A DNA stretch of 46,222 bases. Origin: Chitinophagaceae bacterium. Its GTDB lineage: Bacteria; Bacteroidota; Bacteroidia; Chitinophagales; Chitinophagaceae. The stretch covers positions 1 through 46,222 of the forward strand of contig JAFMES010000001.1 of assembly GCA_017856605.1 (NCBI GenBank), read 5' to 3'. Numbering within the stretch: position 1 is the first letter of the stretch; each line of letters begins with the position of its first letter. Shown here one piece after another: positions 1-9,502 of the stretch. The notes beneath the pieces were generated by a model, which made no database searches, had not been told where the DNA came from, and was given only the letters and a program-made list of their open reading frames with translations. Both the position numbers and the translations under genes were made by a program.

Positions 1-3
1 TAC

Positions 4-375
4 ATGGTGGTTGATGGTGGAGCACCCACCACTGTTTCCTACATCAGCAATGCCAATCCCATTCCGGCCGACAAACACGAAATTGCTGTATGCACGGCGA
101 TGGCTGGCGAGATGCTGGGAATGCGACAGATCTACATGGACGCGGGAAGCGGTGCCCGCATTGCCATTGAAGATTCCATGATTCATGCCGTTGCTTCACA
201 GATCAGTATTCCCCTGATCGTGGGTGGCGGAATCCGGGAGCCGGAAAAAGCCTATCGGAATTGCAAAGCCGGTGCAGACATCATCGTCATTGGTAATGCC
301 ATTGAAAAGGACCTCGGCCTGATCAAGGAAATGGGCCAGGCCATTCACTCCTGCTCCACCGTAAGCGTTTCCTGA
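4..375 (+). CDS. Geranylgeranylglyceryl/heptaprenylglyceryl phosphate synthase (PcrB/GGGPS family), 5'-truncated by window edge
   Basis: C-terminal TIM-barrel motifs YMDAGSGA, PLIVGGGIR, GADIIVIGN. Confidence 0.88.
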   Translation: MVVDGGAPTTVSYISNANPIPADKHEIAVCTAMAGEMLGMRQIYMDAGSGARIAIEDSMIHAVASQISIPLIVGGGIREPEKAYRNCKAGADIIVIGNAIEKDLGLIKEMGQAIHSCSTVSVS

Positions 376-469
376 GCTCCTTTAATTCTATTCCAATTTT
401 TGGCTCCTTTTCATTAAAAATCGGTTTCTTTGTGGAGTAACCATTTTATTTATCAGCAGATAGTAAACA

Positions 470-598
470 ATGAAAAAAAACCTAACCTCTCCATCAATAG
501 CAGAAGCGGCCATTGTCGCTTCCACGCGTTGGGTTTTTACTGTACCCTGTGGGTCAGTTTTTTTTAGACGACCGACTCCATTTTTGGTGCGACGTTGA
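470..598 (+). CDS. Putative 42-aa leader peptide of arg operon (MKKNLTSPSIAEAAIVASTRWVFTVPCGSVFFRRPTPFLVRR)
   Basis: ATG 470 after A-rich TAAACA, TGA 596-598; 5 Arg codons, 4 of them in the last 10 codons (AGA CGA ... CGA CGT); not in ORF track. Confidence 0.6.
   Translation: MKKNLTSPSIAEAAIVASTRWVFTVPCGSVFFRRPTPFLVRR
539..565 (+). terminator. Terminator-like hairpin with U8 tract inside arg leader (possible attenuator)
   Basis: ACTG-t-ACCC tgt GGGT-CAGT; T run 558-565. Confidence 0.5.
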
Positions 599-680
599 TA
601 CCGCTCTCTACATCGAGAACGAGACTACACTCCCATCCTGGGATGCCGTAGCCATGCATCAATCTTTTCAATACCACGAA

Positions 681-1331
681 ATGGAACAACAATTCAAAAT
701 ATTCATAGCCAGCGACAAAGATTTCAATTTTGCAGAGGACATCTGCAGAGAAATGGAGGAATCTGCAAAAGCAAGAGGAACAGGAATCGCAAAACGGAGT
801 CCCGATTACATCCGCACTAAAATGCAGGAAGGAAAAGCAGTCATCGCCACCACGGATGATGGCGCCTGGGCCGGATTTTGCTACATCGAAACCTGGAGCC
901 ATGGTGAGTATGTGGCTAACTCGGGACTCATTGTGCGACCAGAATTCAGAAAAAGTGGACTGGCAAAAATGATCAAGCGCAAAATTTTTGATCTCAGTCG
1001 CTCTACTTATCCTGAAGCCAAAATCTTTGGACTGACTACCGGTCTGGCTGTAATGAAAATCAATTCTGAACTGGGATACGAACCGGTCACCTATTCCGAA
1101 CTCACCCAAGACGAAGAATTCTGGGCAGGTTGCAAGAGCTGTGTCAACTACGATATTTTAATGAGCAAAGAACGAAAGAATTGCATGTGTACGGCAATGC
1201 TCTACGATCCAAAGGATCATTATGCTCCTGAAGAAACACAAAAATTCTTTGAAGAAAATTTAAAAGGATTTGAACGCCTGTTTCGATTCCGTGAGTGGAA
1301 ACTACTTAAACCCTTTTTGAAAAATGGCTAA
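681..1331 (+). CDS. GNAT-family acyltransferase of Bacteroidota arg clusters (probable non-canonical ArgA); start moved from TTG 513 to ATG 681
   Basis: SAKARGTGIAKRS, FCYIETW, VANSGLIV..EFRKSGLA acyl-CoA loop, CKSC...CMC; first gene of arg operon, overlaps argG. Confidence 0.8.
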   Translation: MEQQFKIFIASDKDFNFAEDICREMEESAKARGTGIAKRSPDYIRTKMQEGKAVIATTDDGAWAGFCYIETWSHGEYVANSGLIVRPEFRKSGLAKMIKRKIFDLSRSTYPEAKIFGLTTGLAVMKINSELGYEPVTYSELTQDEEFWAGCKSCVNYDILMSKERKNCMCTAMLYDPKDHYAPEETQKFFEENLKGFERLFRFREWKLLKPFLKNG

Positions 1332-2532
1332 AAAGATCGTACTGGGTTTCAGCGGCGGATTGGATACCACCTTCTGCGCCAAATACCTTTCTGAAGACAA
1401 AGGATTTGAGGTCCATAGCATCATCGTAGATACCGGCGGATTCTCCAAAGAAGAATTAACCCGCATCGAGGCTCATGCCCGTTCGCTGGGTGTGGCTTCT
1501 CATACCACCATCCATGCAGTAGAAGGATACTATGATTCGATCATCCGTTATTTGATTTTTGGTAATGTACTGAAGAATAATACCTATCCTCTTAGCGTAA
1601 GCGCAGAACGATTGAGTCAAGCCATGCATATAGCCGAACATGTAAAGAAAATAGGTGCTGAGGCAGTAGCTCATGGAAGCACGGGTGCTGGCAACGACCA
1701 GGTAAGGTTCGATATGGTTTTTCATATCCTCATTCCAGGAGTTGAGATCATCACCCCCATCCGTGATCTCAAATTGAGTCGCGAAGAAGAAATTGCATAC
1801 CTCCAAACCAAAGGGGTAAGCATGAATGCTGAAAAGGCCATGTATTCAATCAACAAGGGACTTTGGGGTACCAGCGTTGGAGGCAAAGAAACCCTTTCCT
1901 CAAAAGGTATACTGCCGGAATCCGCATGGCCTACTCAAATGGAACGATCCGGTTCAGAAGAAGTGATTCTCCGCTTTACCAAAGGAGAATTGACTGGTGT
2001 AAACAATCAATCGTTCGAACACCCTTCCAAAGCCATACAACATCTCCAAGCTATAGCCGGACCTTATGGCATTGGAAGAGATATTCATGTAGGCGATACC
2101 ATCATCGGCATCAAAGGAAGAGTTGGTTTTGAAGCTGCAGCACCCATGGTCATCCTGAAATCACATCATGCGCTTGAAAAACATGTGTTGACCAAATGGC
2201 AATTGCAATGGAAAGACACCCTTTCCCAGTTTTATGGAAATTGGTTGCATGAGGGACAAATTCTGGATCCAGTTATGCGCGACATTGAAGCATTCCTCAC
2301 CCGATCCCAGGAAAATGTAACGGGTAACGTATTTATACTGCTTCAGCCCTATCGGTTCCAAGTTATTGGCATTGAATCCCCGCATGATTTGATGAACAGC
2401 CGTTTTGGTAAGTATGGAGAAATGAATAGCGGATTCACAGGAGAAGATGTACGTGGTTTCAGCAAGATATTTGGCAATCAGACCGTCATATGGAATGCCG
2501 TGAATCCTCAAAAAAATAATGATCATGCATAA
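1324..2532 (+). CDS. argG: Argininosuccinate synthase
   Basis: LGFSGGLDT, AHGSTGAGNDQVRF, GIKGRVGFEA motifs. Confidence 0.97.
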   Translation: MAKKIVLGFSGGLDTTFCAKYLSEDKGFEVHSIIVDTGGFSKEELTRIEAHARSLGVASHTTIHAVEGYYDSIIRYLIFGNVLKNNTYPLSVSAERLSQAMHIAEHVKKIGAEAVAHGSTGAGNDQVRFDMVFHILIPGVEIITPIRDLKLSREEEIAYLQTKGVSMNAEKAMYSINKGLWGTSVGGKETLSSKGILPESAWPTQMERSGSEEVILRFTKGELTGVNNQSFEHPSKAIQHLQAIAGPYGIGRDIHVGDTIIGIKGRVGFEAAAPMVILKSHHALEKHVLTKWQLQWKDTLSQFYGNWLHEGQILDPVMRDIEAFLTRSQENVTGNVFILLQPYRFQVIGIESPHDLMNSRFGKYGEMNSGFTGEDVRGFSKIFGNQTVIWNAVNPQKNNDHA

Positions 2533-3505
2533 CGGCATTCGAGCGGGCATTGTTGGAAGTGCCGGATATACCGGTGGTGAACTCCTGCGCATTCTGTTGC
2601 ATCACCCTGCAGTAACCATCGCTTTTGCTCACAGTAAAAGTCAAACTGGAAAACCCATACATGCTGTTCATCACGACTTGCTCGGTGAAACCGATTTGGT
2701 ATTTACCGCTGATTATTCCAACGAAATTGATGTGCTGTTTCTTTGCTTGGGGCATGGTGAATCAACTGCATTTCTACAACAACATCCCATTGCTGAATCG
2801 ATTCGCGTGATTGATCTGGCCAATGATTTTCGACTCACTGCCAACAGCACGCTGAACGAACGTCGTTTTGTCTACGGGTTGACTGAATTGAACGCAGCGT
2901 CTATTCAAACGGCGAAGAACATCGCCAATCCTGGTTGCTTTGCAACTGCAATACAATTGGGACTCCTTCCACTGGCACAAAAAGGAATGATCAGTGATGT
3001 GTATACCACCGGGATAACCGGATCAACCGGAGCGGGACAATCCCTCAGCACTACCAGTCACTTTAGCTGGCGATCCAACAACATTCAATCGTACAAAACA
3101 CTTACCCATCAGCACCTGGGCGAAATCCACCAATCCATCGCACAATTGCAATCGTCACAAGCATCTGTTCATTTTGTCCCTTGGCGCGGTGATTTTACCA
3201 GAGGAATATTTGTTTCTTCTACTTTAAAAACAGATTTATCACTCGAGGTGCTTAATACAATCTATCGCGATTTCTATGCTCATGCACCATTCACGCATGT
3301 ATCAACAGACGCCATCTCACTGAAGCAAGTGGTAAACACCAATAAATGCATTCTCCATCTTGAGAAAGATGGCAACACCTTGGTGATCCATTCAGTCATC
3401 GATAACCTTCTCAAAGGAGCAAGCGGACAGGCGGTAGAAAATATGAACCTGATGTTCGGACTTGAACAAACTGCTGGCTTACAATTAAAACCTTCTGCAT
3501 TTTGA
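2519..3505 (+). CDS. argC: N-acyl-gamma-glutamyl-phosphate reductase (start may be 2525)
   Basis: GSAGYTGGEL, IANPGCFATA, IDNLLKGASGQAV. Confidence 0.96.
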   Translation: MIMHNGIRAGIVGSAGYTGGELLRILLHHPAVTIAFAHSKSQTGKPIHAVHHDLLGETDLVFTADYSNEIDVLFLCLGHGESTAFLQQHPIAESIRVIDLANDFRLTANSTLNERRFVYGLTELNAASIQTAKNIANPGCFATAIQLGLLPLAQKGMISDVYTTGITGSTGAGQSLSTTSHFSWRSNNIQSYKTLTHQHLGEIHQSIAQLQSSQASVHFVPWRGDFTRGIFVSSTLKTDLSLEVLNTIYRDFYAHAPFTHVSTDAISLKQVVNTNKCILHLEKDGNTLVIHSVIDNLLKGASGQAVENMNLMFGLEQTAGLQLKPSAF

Positions 3506-4641
3506 AACTATTCAACGTATATCCGATCAACAACATCACCATTACACGCGCGCGTGGATCGCGGGTATGGGACGATGCCGGACTGGAATACCTCGATATG
3601 TATGGTGGTCATGCTGTAATCAGCATCGGTCATCAACATCCCCATTGGGTCAAACGGATCACAGAACAATTGGATAAAATTGCTTTTTACTCTAACTCCA
3701 TTCGCATTCCCATTCAAGAAGAATTGGCGAATAAATTAGGTGAGGTTTCCGGCAAACCCCAGTATGAATTGTTCCTCTGTAATTCAGGTGCTGAAGCAAA
3801 TGAAAATGCGCTCAAGCTGGCATCGTTTCACACGGGAAGAAAAAAAGTGATCGCATTTAAAAAATCATTTCACGGTCGCACTTCCCTCGCAGTTGCCGCA
3901 ACGGATAATCCGAGCATCGTTGCCCCAGTGAATGCAACCGACAATATTATTTTTCTTCCATGGAACGACGCTGAAGCGATCAGATCAACATTTGCACAAC
4001 AAGGCAATGAGATCGCTGCAGTGATCATTGAAGGCATCCAAGGAGTTGGCGGTATCAATGTTGCCCAGAACGAAATTCTTCAGCTGCTGCGTTCCATGTG
4101 CGATCAATACGGTAGCCTACTGATTGCAGATAGCGTACAATGCGGATACGGTCGTTCCGGAAAATTTTTCAGTCACGACCATTCAGGTATAGATGCCGAT
4201 ATCTATTCGATGGCCAAAGGAATGGGAAATGGATTTCCCATTGGAGGCATTATGATTGCACCCACCATACCCGCTCGGCATTTTATGCTGGGAACAACGT
4301 TTGGCGGTAATCATCTTGCTTGTGCTGCCGGACTTGCTGTTTTGGAAGTGATGCAGAACGAAAACCTGATGCAGCATGCAGACACCATCGGAAAGTTCCT
4401 GATGAATGAACTTAGAGCAATTCCTGAGATTGATCATGTAAGGGGCATGGGACTCATGATCGGGTTCGATGTGCCAGAACAATTAAAAGACCTTAAAAAA
4501 AACCTGCTCTCCACACATAAGATCTTTACCGGTGAGGCGAAACCGAATGTAATACGACTCCTTCCTTCACTCGCGCTTACTCAAGAAGATGCAGCTCATT
4601 TTATTGATTCCCTCAAACAAGCCATTGTCGATCATCCCTAA
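3502..4641 (+). CDS. argD: Acyl-ornithine aminotransferase (class III PLP), TTG start overlapping argC stop
   Basis: NSGAEANE, SFHGRT, DSVQCGYGRSG, AKGMGNGFP, TTFGGN. Confidence 0.95.
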   Translation: MKLFNVYPINNITITRARGSRVWDDAGLEYLDMYGGHAVISIGHQHPHWVKRITEQLDKIAFYSNSIRIPIQEELANKLGEVSGKPQYELFLCNSGAEANENALKLASFHTGRKKVIAFKKSFHGRTSLAVAATDNPSIVAPVNATDNIIFLPWNDAEAIRSTFAQQGNEIAAVIIEGIQGVGGINVAQNEILQLLRSMCDQYGSLLIADSVQCGYGRSGKFFSHDHSGIDADIYSMAKGMGNGFPIGGIMIAPTIPARHFMLGTTFGGNHLACAAGLAVLEVMQNENLMQHADTIGKFLMNELRAIPEIDHVRGMGLMIGFDVPEQLKDLKKNLLSTHKIFTGEAKPNVIRLLPSLALTQEDAAHFIDSLKQAIVDHP

Positions 4642-4645
4642 TAAC

Positions 4646-5608
4646 ATGAAACAATTTCTATCCGTACATGATGTAGCCGACCTTCCCCAATTGATACAGG
4701 AGGCGATGGATCATAAGGCCCAGCCTCTGCACCATAAGCATGCAGGCAGTGGAAAACGGATCGGATGCTTGTTCATGAATCCAAGTATGCGAACGCGATT
4801 AAGCACCCAAGTTGCTGCTCAACAGTTGGGGATGGAATGCATTGTTTTCAATGTTGGGGCTGATGGTTGGAACATGGAATTTGAAGATGGGGCAATCATG
4901 AATGGAACTACAGTTGAACACGTGAAAGATGCAGCACCCATCCTTGGCAAGTATTTTGATGTACTTGCTGTTCGAACGTTTCCGGGATTAAAAGATCGAA
5001 ATGCCGATTACAGCGAACACATCATTCAGCAATTCGTAAAGTATGCAGGAGTGCCTGTATTGAGTCTTGAAAGCGCAACTCGTCACCCCTTGCAAAGCCT
5101 GGCAGATCTGATGACCATCTCTGAAGTGTTAAAAAATAACTCCATCAAGCAACGTAAACCAAAAGTCGTACTTACCTGGGCTCCTCATGTAAAAGCTTTG
5201 CCGCAATGTGTTGCCAATAGTTTTGCAGAATGGATGGGGGCATGGGGAGAATCGGAATTCGTAATCGCACAACCCAAGGGATACGAACTGGAAGCTTCTT
5301 TCACTCAGACGGCAACAATTGTTCATAATCAAGAACAGGCACTTGAAGGCGCTGATTTTGTATATGCAAAGAATTGGAGTTCGTATGAGCACTATGGCTC
5401 AATGCCATCTGTGCCAGATAATTGGCTATTGAATACAACAAAATGGTCGTTGACAAACAAAGCAAAGCTCATGCATTGCTTACCCGTGAGAAGGAATGTT
5501 GAGCTTCCCGACGAACTATTGGACAGCAGTCACAGCCTCATTACCCAACAAGCTGAAAATCGGGTTTGGGCTGCTCAATCCATTATCCACCGCATGCTGC
5601 AATCATGA
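4646..5608 (+). CDS. argF: N-acyl-ornithine carbamoyltransferase (ArgF', AOTCase/SOTCase family)
   Basis: SMRT instead of STRT, HPLQ, TWAPHVKALP, HCLP; start ATG 4646. Confidence 0.92.
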   Translation: MKQFLSVHDVADLPQLIQEAMDHKAQPLHHKHAGSGKRIGCLFMNPSMRTRLSTQVAAQQLGMECIVFNVGADGWNMEFEDGAIMNGTTVEHVKDAAPILGKYFDVLAVRTFPGLKDRNADYSEHIIQQFVKYAGVPVLSLESATRHPLQSLADLMTISEVLKNNSIKQRKPKVVLTWAPHVKALPQCVANSFAEWMGAWGESEFVIAQPKGYELEASFTQTATIVHNQEQALEGADFVYAKNWSSYEHYGSMPSVPDNWLLNTTKWSLTNKAKLMHCLPVRRNVELPDELLDSSHSLITQQAENRVWAAQSIIHRMLQS

Positions 5609-6390
5609 AACCAAAACTTACCATAGTAAAAGTAGGTGGCAACATCATCGATGATGATACAAAGCTTGAAGCACTACTTATTTCATTTGTTTCAATTGCT
5701 GGATATAAGATTTTGGTACATGGAGGCGGAAAACTTGCTACGCGTTTAGCCGAACAATTAGAGATTCCACAAGAAATGGTAGATGGCAGAAGAATTACCA
5801 ATGCAGAGACACTCAAGATAGTTACCATGGTGTATGCAGGTTGGATAAATAAATCAATTGTGGCGCGTCTCAATGCATTGGGAAATTTGGCAATGGGCAT
5901 AACGGGAGCAGATGGCGGAATCATTGAAGCACATAAACGTGTTCATCCATTCATTGACTACGGATTCGTAGGAGATGTGGATGCTGTGAATACAACAACA
6001 ATCGAGCAGTGGTTAAAACAAGGCCTGAGCTTGGTGGTGGCTCCCATCACGCAAGACAAGGAAGGGCGACTCCTTAATACCAATGCCGACACCATTGCTC
6101 AGTCGCTTGCAACTGCATTATCTTCTGATTATTCTACAACCCTGATCTATTCGTTTGATAAAAAAGGCGTGCTGCAAAACCTCCAGGATGAATCATCGGT
6201 AATCCCAACCATCGATTCAACCTCATTTGAAGCATTAAAGAAAAAAGAAACGATTCATTCGGGCATGCTCCCCAAACTCGAAAATGCCTTTGACGCAATC
6301 AATGCCGGCGTAGAAAAAGTAATCATTGGTGATGCAACAGATCTAAATAAACTGGTGGCTGGTGAAGCCGGAACTCAGATTATTCCATAA
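5605..6390 (+). CDS. argB: Acylglutamate kinase
   Basis: VKVGG, VHGGG, GRRIT, NTNAD, GMLPKL; ATGA overlap with argF' stop. Confidence 0.95.
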   Translation: MKPKLTIVKVGGNIIDDDTKLEALLISFVSIAGYKILVHGGGKLATRLAEQLEIPQEMVDGRRITNAETLKIVTMVYAGWINKSIVARLNALGNLAMGITGADGGIIEAHKRVHPFIDYGFVGDVDAVNTTTIEQWLKQGLSLVVAPITQDKEGRLLNTNADTIAQSLATALSSDYSTTLIYSFDKKGVLQNLQDESSVIPTIDSTSFEALKKKETIHSGMLPKLENAFDAINAGVEKVIIGDATDLNKLVAGEAGTQIIP

Positions 6391-6392
6391 GC

Positions 6393-7496
6393 ATGAACTA
6401 TACAATCGACATAGTAAAAAAAGAGGCAGTTGAATTACTAGGTCAATTAATTTCCATTCCCTCATTCAGCAAGGAAGAAAAAGAGGTTGCCAATCACCTC
6501 CAACAATGGATAACCGATCGCGGTATGGAGTGCAAGCGACTCATGAATAATATTTACGCGACGCATTCAACTTTTGATCCGTCAAAACCCACCATCGTTC
6601 TAAACTCCCACCACGATACCGTCAAACCGGTGAATGGGTACACCAAGGACCCTTATCTGCCCATCATTGAGGATGGAAAGCTATTCGGACTGGGAAGCAA
6701 CGATGCCGGTGGGTCACTTGCATCGTTGATTGCCTCATTTGTTTACTTTTCCCAGCAAGCCCCATTGGCATTCAACCTGTGTCTGATTGCAAGCGCAGAA
6801 GAAGAGATTTCTGGTAAAAATGGAGTGGAGTTGGTGTTGAATGATGCCGATTTCCAGAATCACCTCAAGGGGAGTTCAATCATCGGAGCCATTGTAGGAG
6901 AACCCACCCGCATGCAGATGGCAGTAGCTGAAAGAGGATTGATGGTATTGGATGGTGTTGCCAAAGGACAAGCCGGTCATGCAGCCAGGGAAGAGGGACT
7001 CAATGCCATCCACTTGGCTATTCAAGATATTGAAGCAATCAATGCTATTGAGTTTAAAAAAGTTTCTGAACTCACCGGAAAAACAACGGCTAAGGTCACT
7101 GTAATTGAAACAGAAAACAAAGCACATAATGTAATTCCTTCAAACTGTCGATTTGTAGTGGATGTCCGCGTAAATGAACTCTATCATTTTGAAGAAGTGG
7201 TGGAAATGATCAAGCAAGTCGTTCAAGCTGAGCTTCAACCCAGAAGTTTTCGATTGCGCTCCACCATGATTGCATTGGATCACCCCATTGTCAAAGCAGG
7301 ATTGGCACTGGGTATTCCCTACTACGGCTCACCCACAACCAGTGATAAAGCGCTGATGCACTTTCCTGCATTGAAGATGGGACCTGGAAATTCAGCAAGG
7401 AGTCACACCGCCGATGAATTTATTTTTATAGAAGAGATCGAACAAGGAATTGAAGGGTATATTCGTTTACTGGAAACCATACAACCAACCTCCTAA
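6393..7496 (+). CDS. argE: M20 metallo-deacylase (ArgE-like acyl-ornithine/acyl-citrulline deacylase)
   Basis: NSHHDTV, GLGSNDAG, EEE, GEPT, SHTADE; inside arg operon. Confidence 0.85.
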   Translation: MNYTIDIVKKEAVELLGQLISIPSFSKEEKEVANHLQQWITDRGMECKRLMNNIYATHSTFDPSKPTIVLNSHHDTVKPVNGYTKDPYLPIIEDGKLFGLGSNDAGGSLASLIASFVYFSQQAPLAFNLCLIASAEEEISGKNGVELVLNDADFQNHLKGSSIIGAIVGEPTRMQMAVAERGLMVLDGVAKGQAGHAAREEGLNAIHLAIQDIEAINAIEFKKVSELTGKTTAKVTVIETENKAHNVIPSNCRFVVDVRVNELYHFEEVVEMIKQVVQAELQPRSFRLRSTMIALDHPIVKAGLALGIPYYGSPTTSDKALMHFPALKMGPGNSARSHTADEFIFIEEIEQGIEGYIRLLETIQPTS

Positions 7497-7506
7497 ATTT
7501 CCATCC

Positions 7507-8808
7507 ATGAAACTCTGGAGCAAAGGCACTGCCAACACAGAAAAAAAGATTGAAGCGTTTACTGTAGGTCGCGATCGCGAATTCGATCTGATGATGGCTC
7601 AATTTGACGTTCAAGGATCAATTGCGCATGTGACCATGTTGGGTGAAACAGGTATCATGACTGCAGAAGATTCAAAGCGGGCTGTAGAAGGATTAACAAC
7701 CATATTGACAACCATTTCGTCAGGCAGCTTCAGCATTGATCCGGAGGCAGAGGACATTCATTCTCAAATTGAAATGATGCTGACCAAAGCAATTGGCGAT
7801 GCAGGCAAAATGATTCATACGGGAAGAAGTCGGAATGATCAAGTCGCCGTCGACATCAAACTCTATCTGCGTTCGGCATTGAAAGAAGTCAAATCCAATG
7901 CACTTGCTCTTTTTGACCTCTTGATAGAAAAAAGTGAAGCATACAAATCAGTTCTGATTCCAGGTTATACGCACCTGCAAATTGCAATGCCTTCGTCTGT
8001 GGGACTCTGGCTGGGAGCATATGCAGAGAGCCTTGTCGACGACATGGAATTACTCAAATCAACCTATTCCATTGTCAATAAAAATCCTTTGGGCAGTGGC
8101 GCCGGTTACGGCTCTTCGTTCCCCCTGAATAGAAGTCGCACGACCGAGTTACTGGAATTTCGTGGACTACACTATAACTCTATTTATGCACAAATGAGTC
8201 GGGGTAAAACCGAAAAGCTCACTTCGATGGCACTTGCATCGATTGCTGCAACACTCAGTCGCTTGTCCATGGACTGCTGTCTTTACATGAATCAGAACTT
8301 TGGATTCATTGGATTCCCTGAAGAACTGACTACAGGAAGCAGCATCATGCCCCATAAAAAAAATCCCGATGTATTTGAGCTCATTCGCGCAAAGTGCAAC
8401 CGGATGCAATCCATTCCAAACGAACTGACCTTGTTATTGAACAACCTGCCTTCAGGCTATCACCGGGATATGCAATTGACAAAGGAGATTCTTTTCCCTG
8501 CAATAAATGAATTGAACGACTGCCTGGCAATGATGCATCTCATGCTCTCCTCTCTGCAGGTTAATGCACGGGTGCTGGAAGACAAGCGCTATGCGTTTTT
8601 GTTCAGCGTAGAGGCGGTCAATGCATTGGTCAACCAAGGAATTCCATTCAGGGATGCCTATGTGCAAGTGGGTAAGATGATCGAACAGGGAACATTTAGT
8701 TTTGATACTTCCAAGGGACTTCATCATACCCATGAAGGAAGCATAGGGAATCTCTGTAACGATGAAATCAAAAAGGCGATGCAAAAAGCGATTGCCGACT
8801 TTTCCTGA
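7507..8808 (+). CDS. argH: Argininosuccinate lyase
   Basis: HTGRSRNDQ, PGYTHLQ, GSSIMPHKKNPD; start ATG 7507 (MKLW). Confidence 0.97.
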   Translation: MKLWSKGTANTEKKIEAFTVGRDREFDLMMAQFDVQGSIAHVTMLGETGIMTAEDSKRAVEGLTTILTTISSGSFSIDPEAEDIHSQIEMMLTKAIGDAGKMIHTGRSRNDQVAVDIKLYLRSALKEVKSNALALFDLLIEKSEAYKSVLIPGYTHLQIAMPSSVGLWLGAYAESLVDDMELLKSTYSIVNKNPLGSGAGYGSSFPLNRSRTTELLEFRGLHYNSIYAQMSRGKTEKLTSMALASIAATLSRLSMDCCLYMNQNFGFIGFPEELTTGSSIMPHKKNPDVFELIRAKCNRMQSIPNELTLLLNNLPSGYHRDMQLTKEILFPAINELNDCLAMMHLMLSSLQVNARVLEDKRYAFLFSVEAVNALVNQGIPFRDAYVQVGKMIEQGTFSFDTSKGLHHTHEGSIGNLCNDEIKKAMQKAIADFS

Positions 8809-8812
8809 TTAT

Positions 8813-9466
8813 TTACTTCCAGCGGAAGGTATTGATCAAATGACGCATATCCCGTGCGATGAATTCACTTGTCAATGAAAGTGAATCTTCATTTGGGGTA
8901 GCATCAAAATACAATGCCGCTCTTAAAAAATGTCTACTTGTATCGGTCACGAAAAACTGCTTTGAAGTTGCAGCGTTTCCTGCCACATAAAAGAATATTC
9001 CGGATACCCCATTGGAATTGGTAAAGAATGAATCGACTATAGCAGATGCACGCACAGTATGTTTATAGGTCAGTTTATAGGACTCTTCCCGTAATTGCTC
9101 AAAACTGTTTTGCACGACTGAATCACGGTATCCGGTTGAAGTCTTTACTTTATAAATCGACTGTCCTTGAATGGGTTTATAACTAATATAAATTCTTCCA
9201 TTGAACTCCTTGAAATCGATGTTGATCCAGTAAGGTTGTTGAGATGCACTATCCGATTCAGGTACAATTGTTGCATACGTAGGATATTCAAATGAATAGG
9301 GGAAACCAGCTGAGTCAAATACCCTGTATTCTTTTTCAGGAAGATCAACCGTGAAATACCCTTTAGGGCGGGGTGTAAATGGAGTGTTGCATCCTATCGA
9401 CAATATAATTGCAACCAGCATTGCCGACACCAATTGAAGAGAGAAAATCCTAAGCAGTCGATTCAT
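8813..9466 (-). CDS. gldD: Gliding motility lipoprotein GldD-like
   Basis: Lipobox LSIGC, PRPKGYF, PYSFEYP, QFFVTD..HFLRAALYF; -7 box TACTTTTG at 9480-9473. Confidence 0.85.
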   Translation of the reverse strand: MNRLLRIFSLQLVSAMLVAIILSIGCNTPFTPRPKGYFTVDLPEKEYRVFDSAGFPYSFEYPTYATIVPESDSASQQPYWINIDFKEFNGRIYISYKPIQGQSIYKVKTSTGYRDSVVQNSFEQLREESYKLTYKHTVRASAIVDSFFTNSNGVSGIFFYVAGNAATSKQFFVTDTSRHFLRAALYFDATPNEDSLSLTSEFIARDMRHLINTFRWK

Positions 9467-9502
9467 GTTGTTCAAAAGTACATAAATACTCGGCGTTGAA
9501 GG

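Noticed and set aside
473-480. A8 run (and T8 at 558-565) as a frameshift or phase-variation site
   Set aside because: Shifted frames stop early and show no Arg enrichment; such runs are common in AT-rich leaders
482-488. CTAACCT in the arg leader as a target of sRNA A
   Set aside because: Only 7 bp including a wobble; expected by chance
513-680. 56-aa N-terminal extension of the GNAT from TTG 513
   Set aside because: Family-like sequence begins at ATG 681; the extension overlaps the leader ORF and its hairpins
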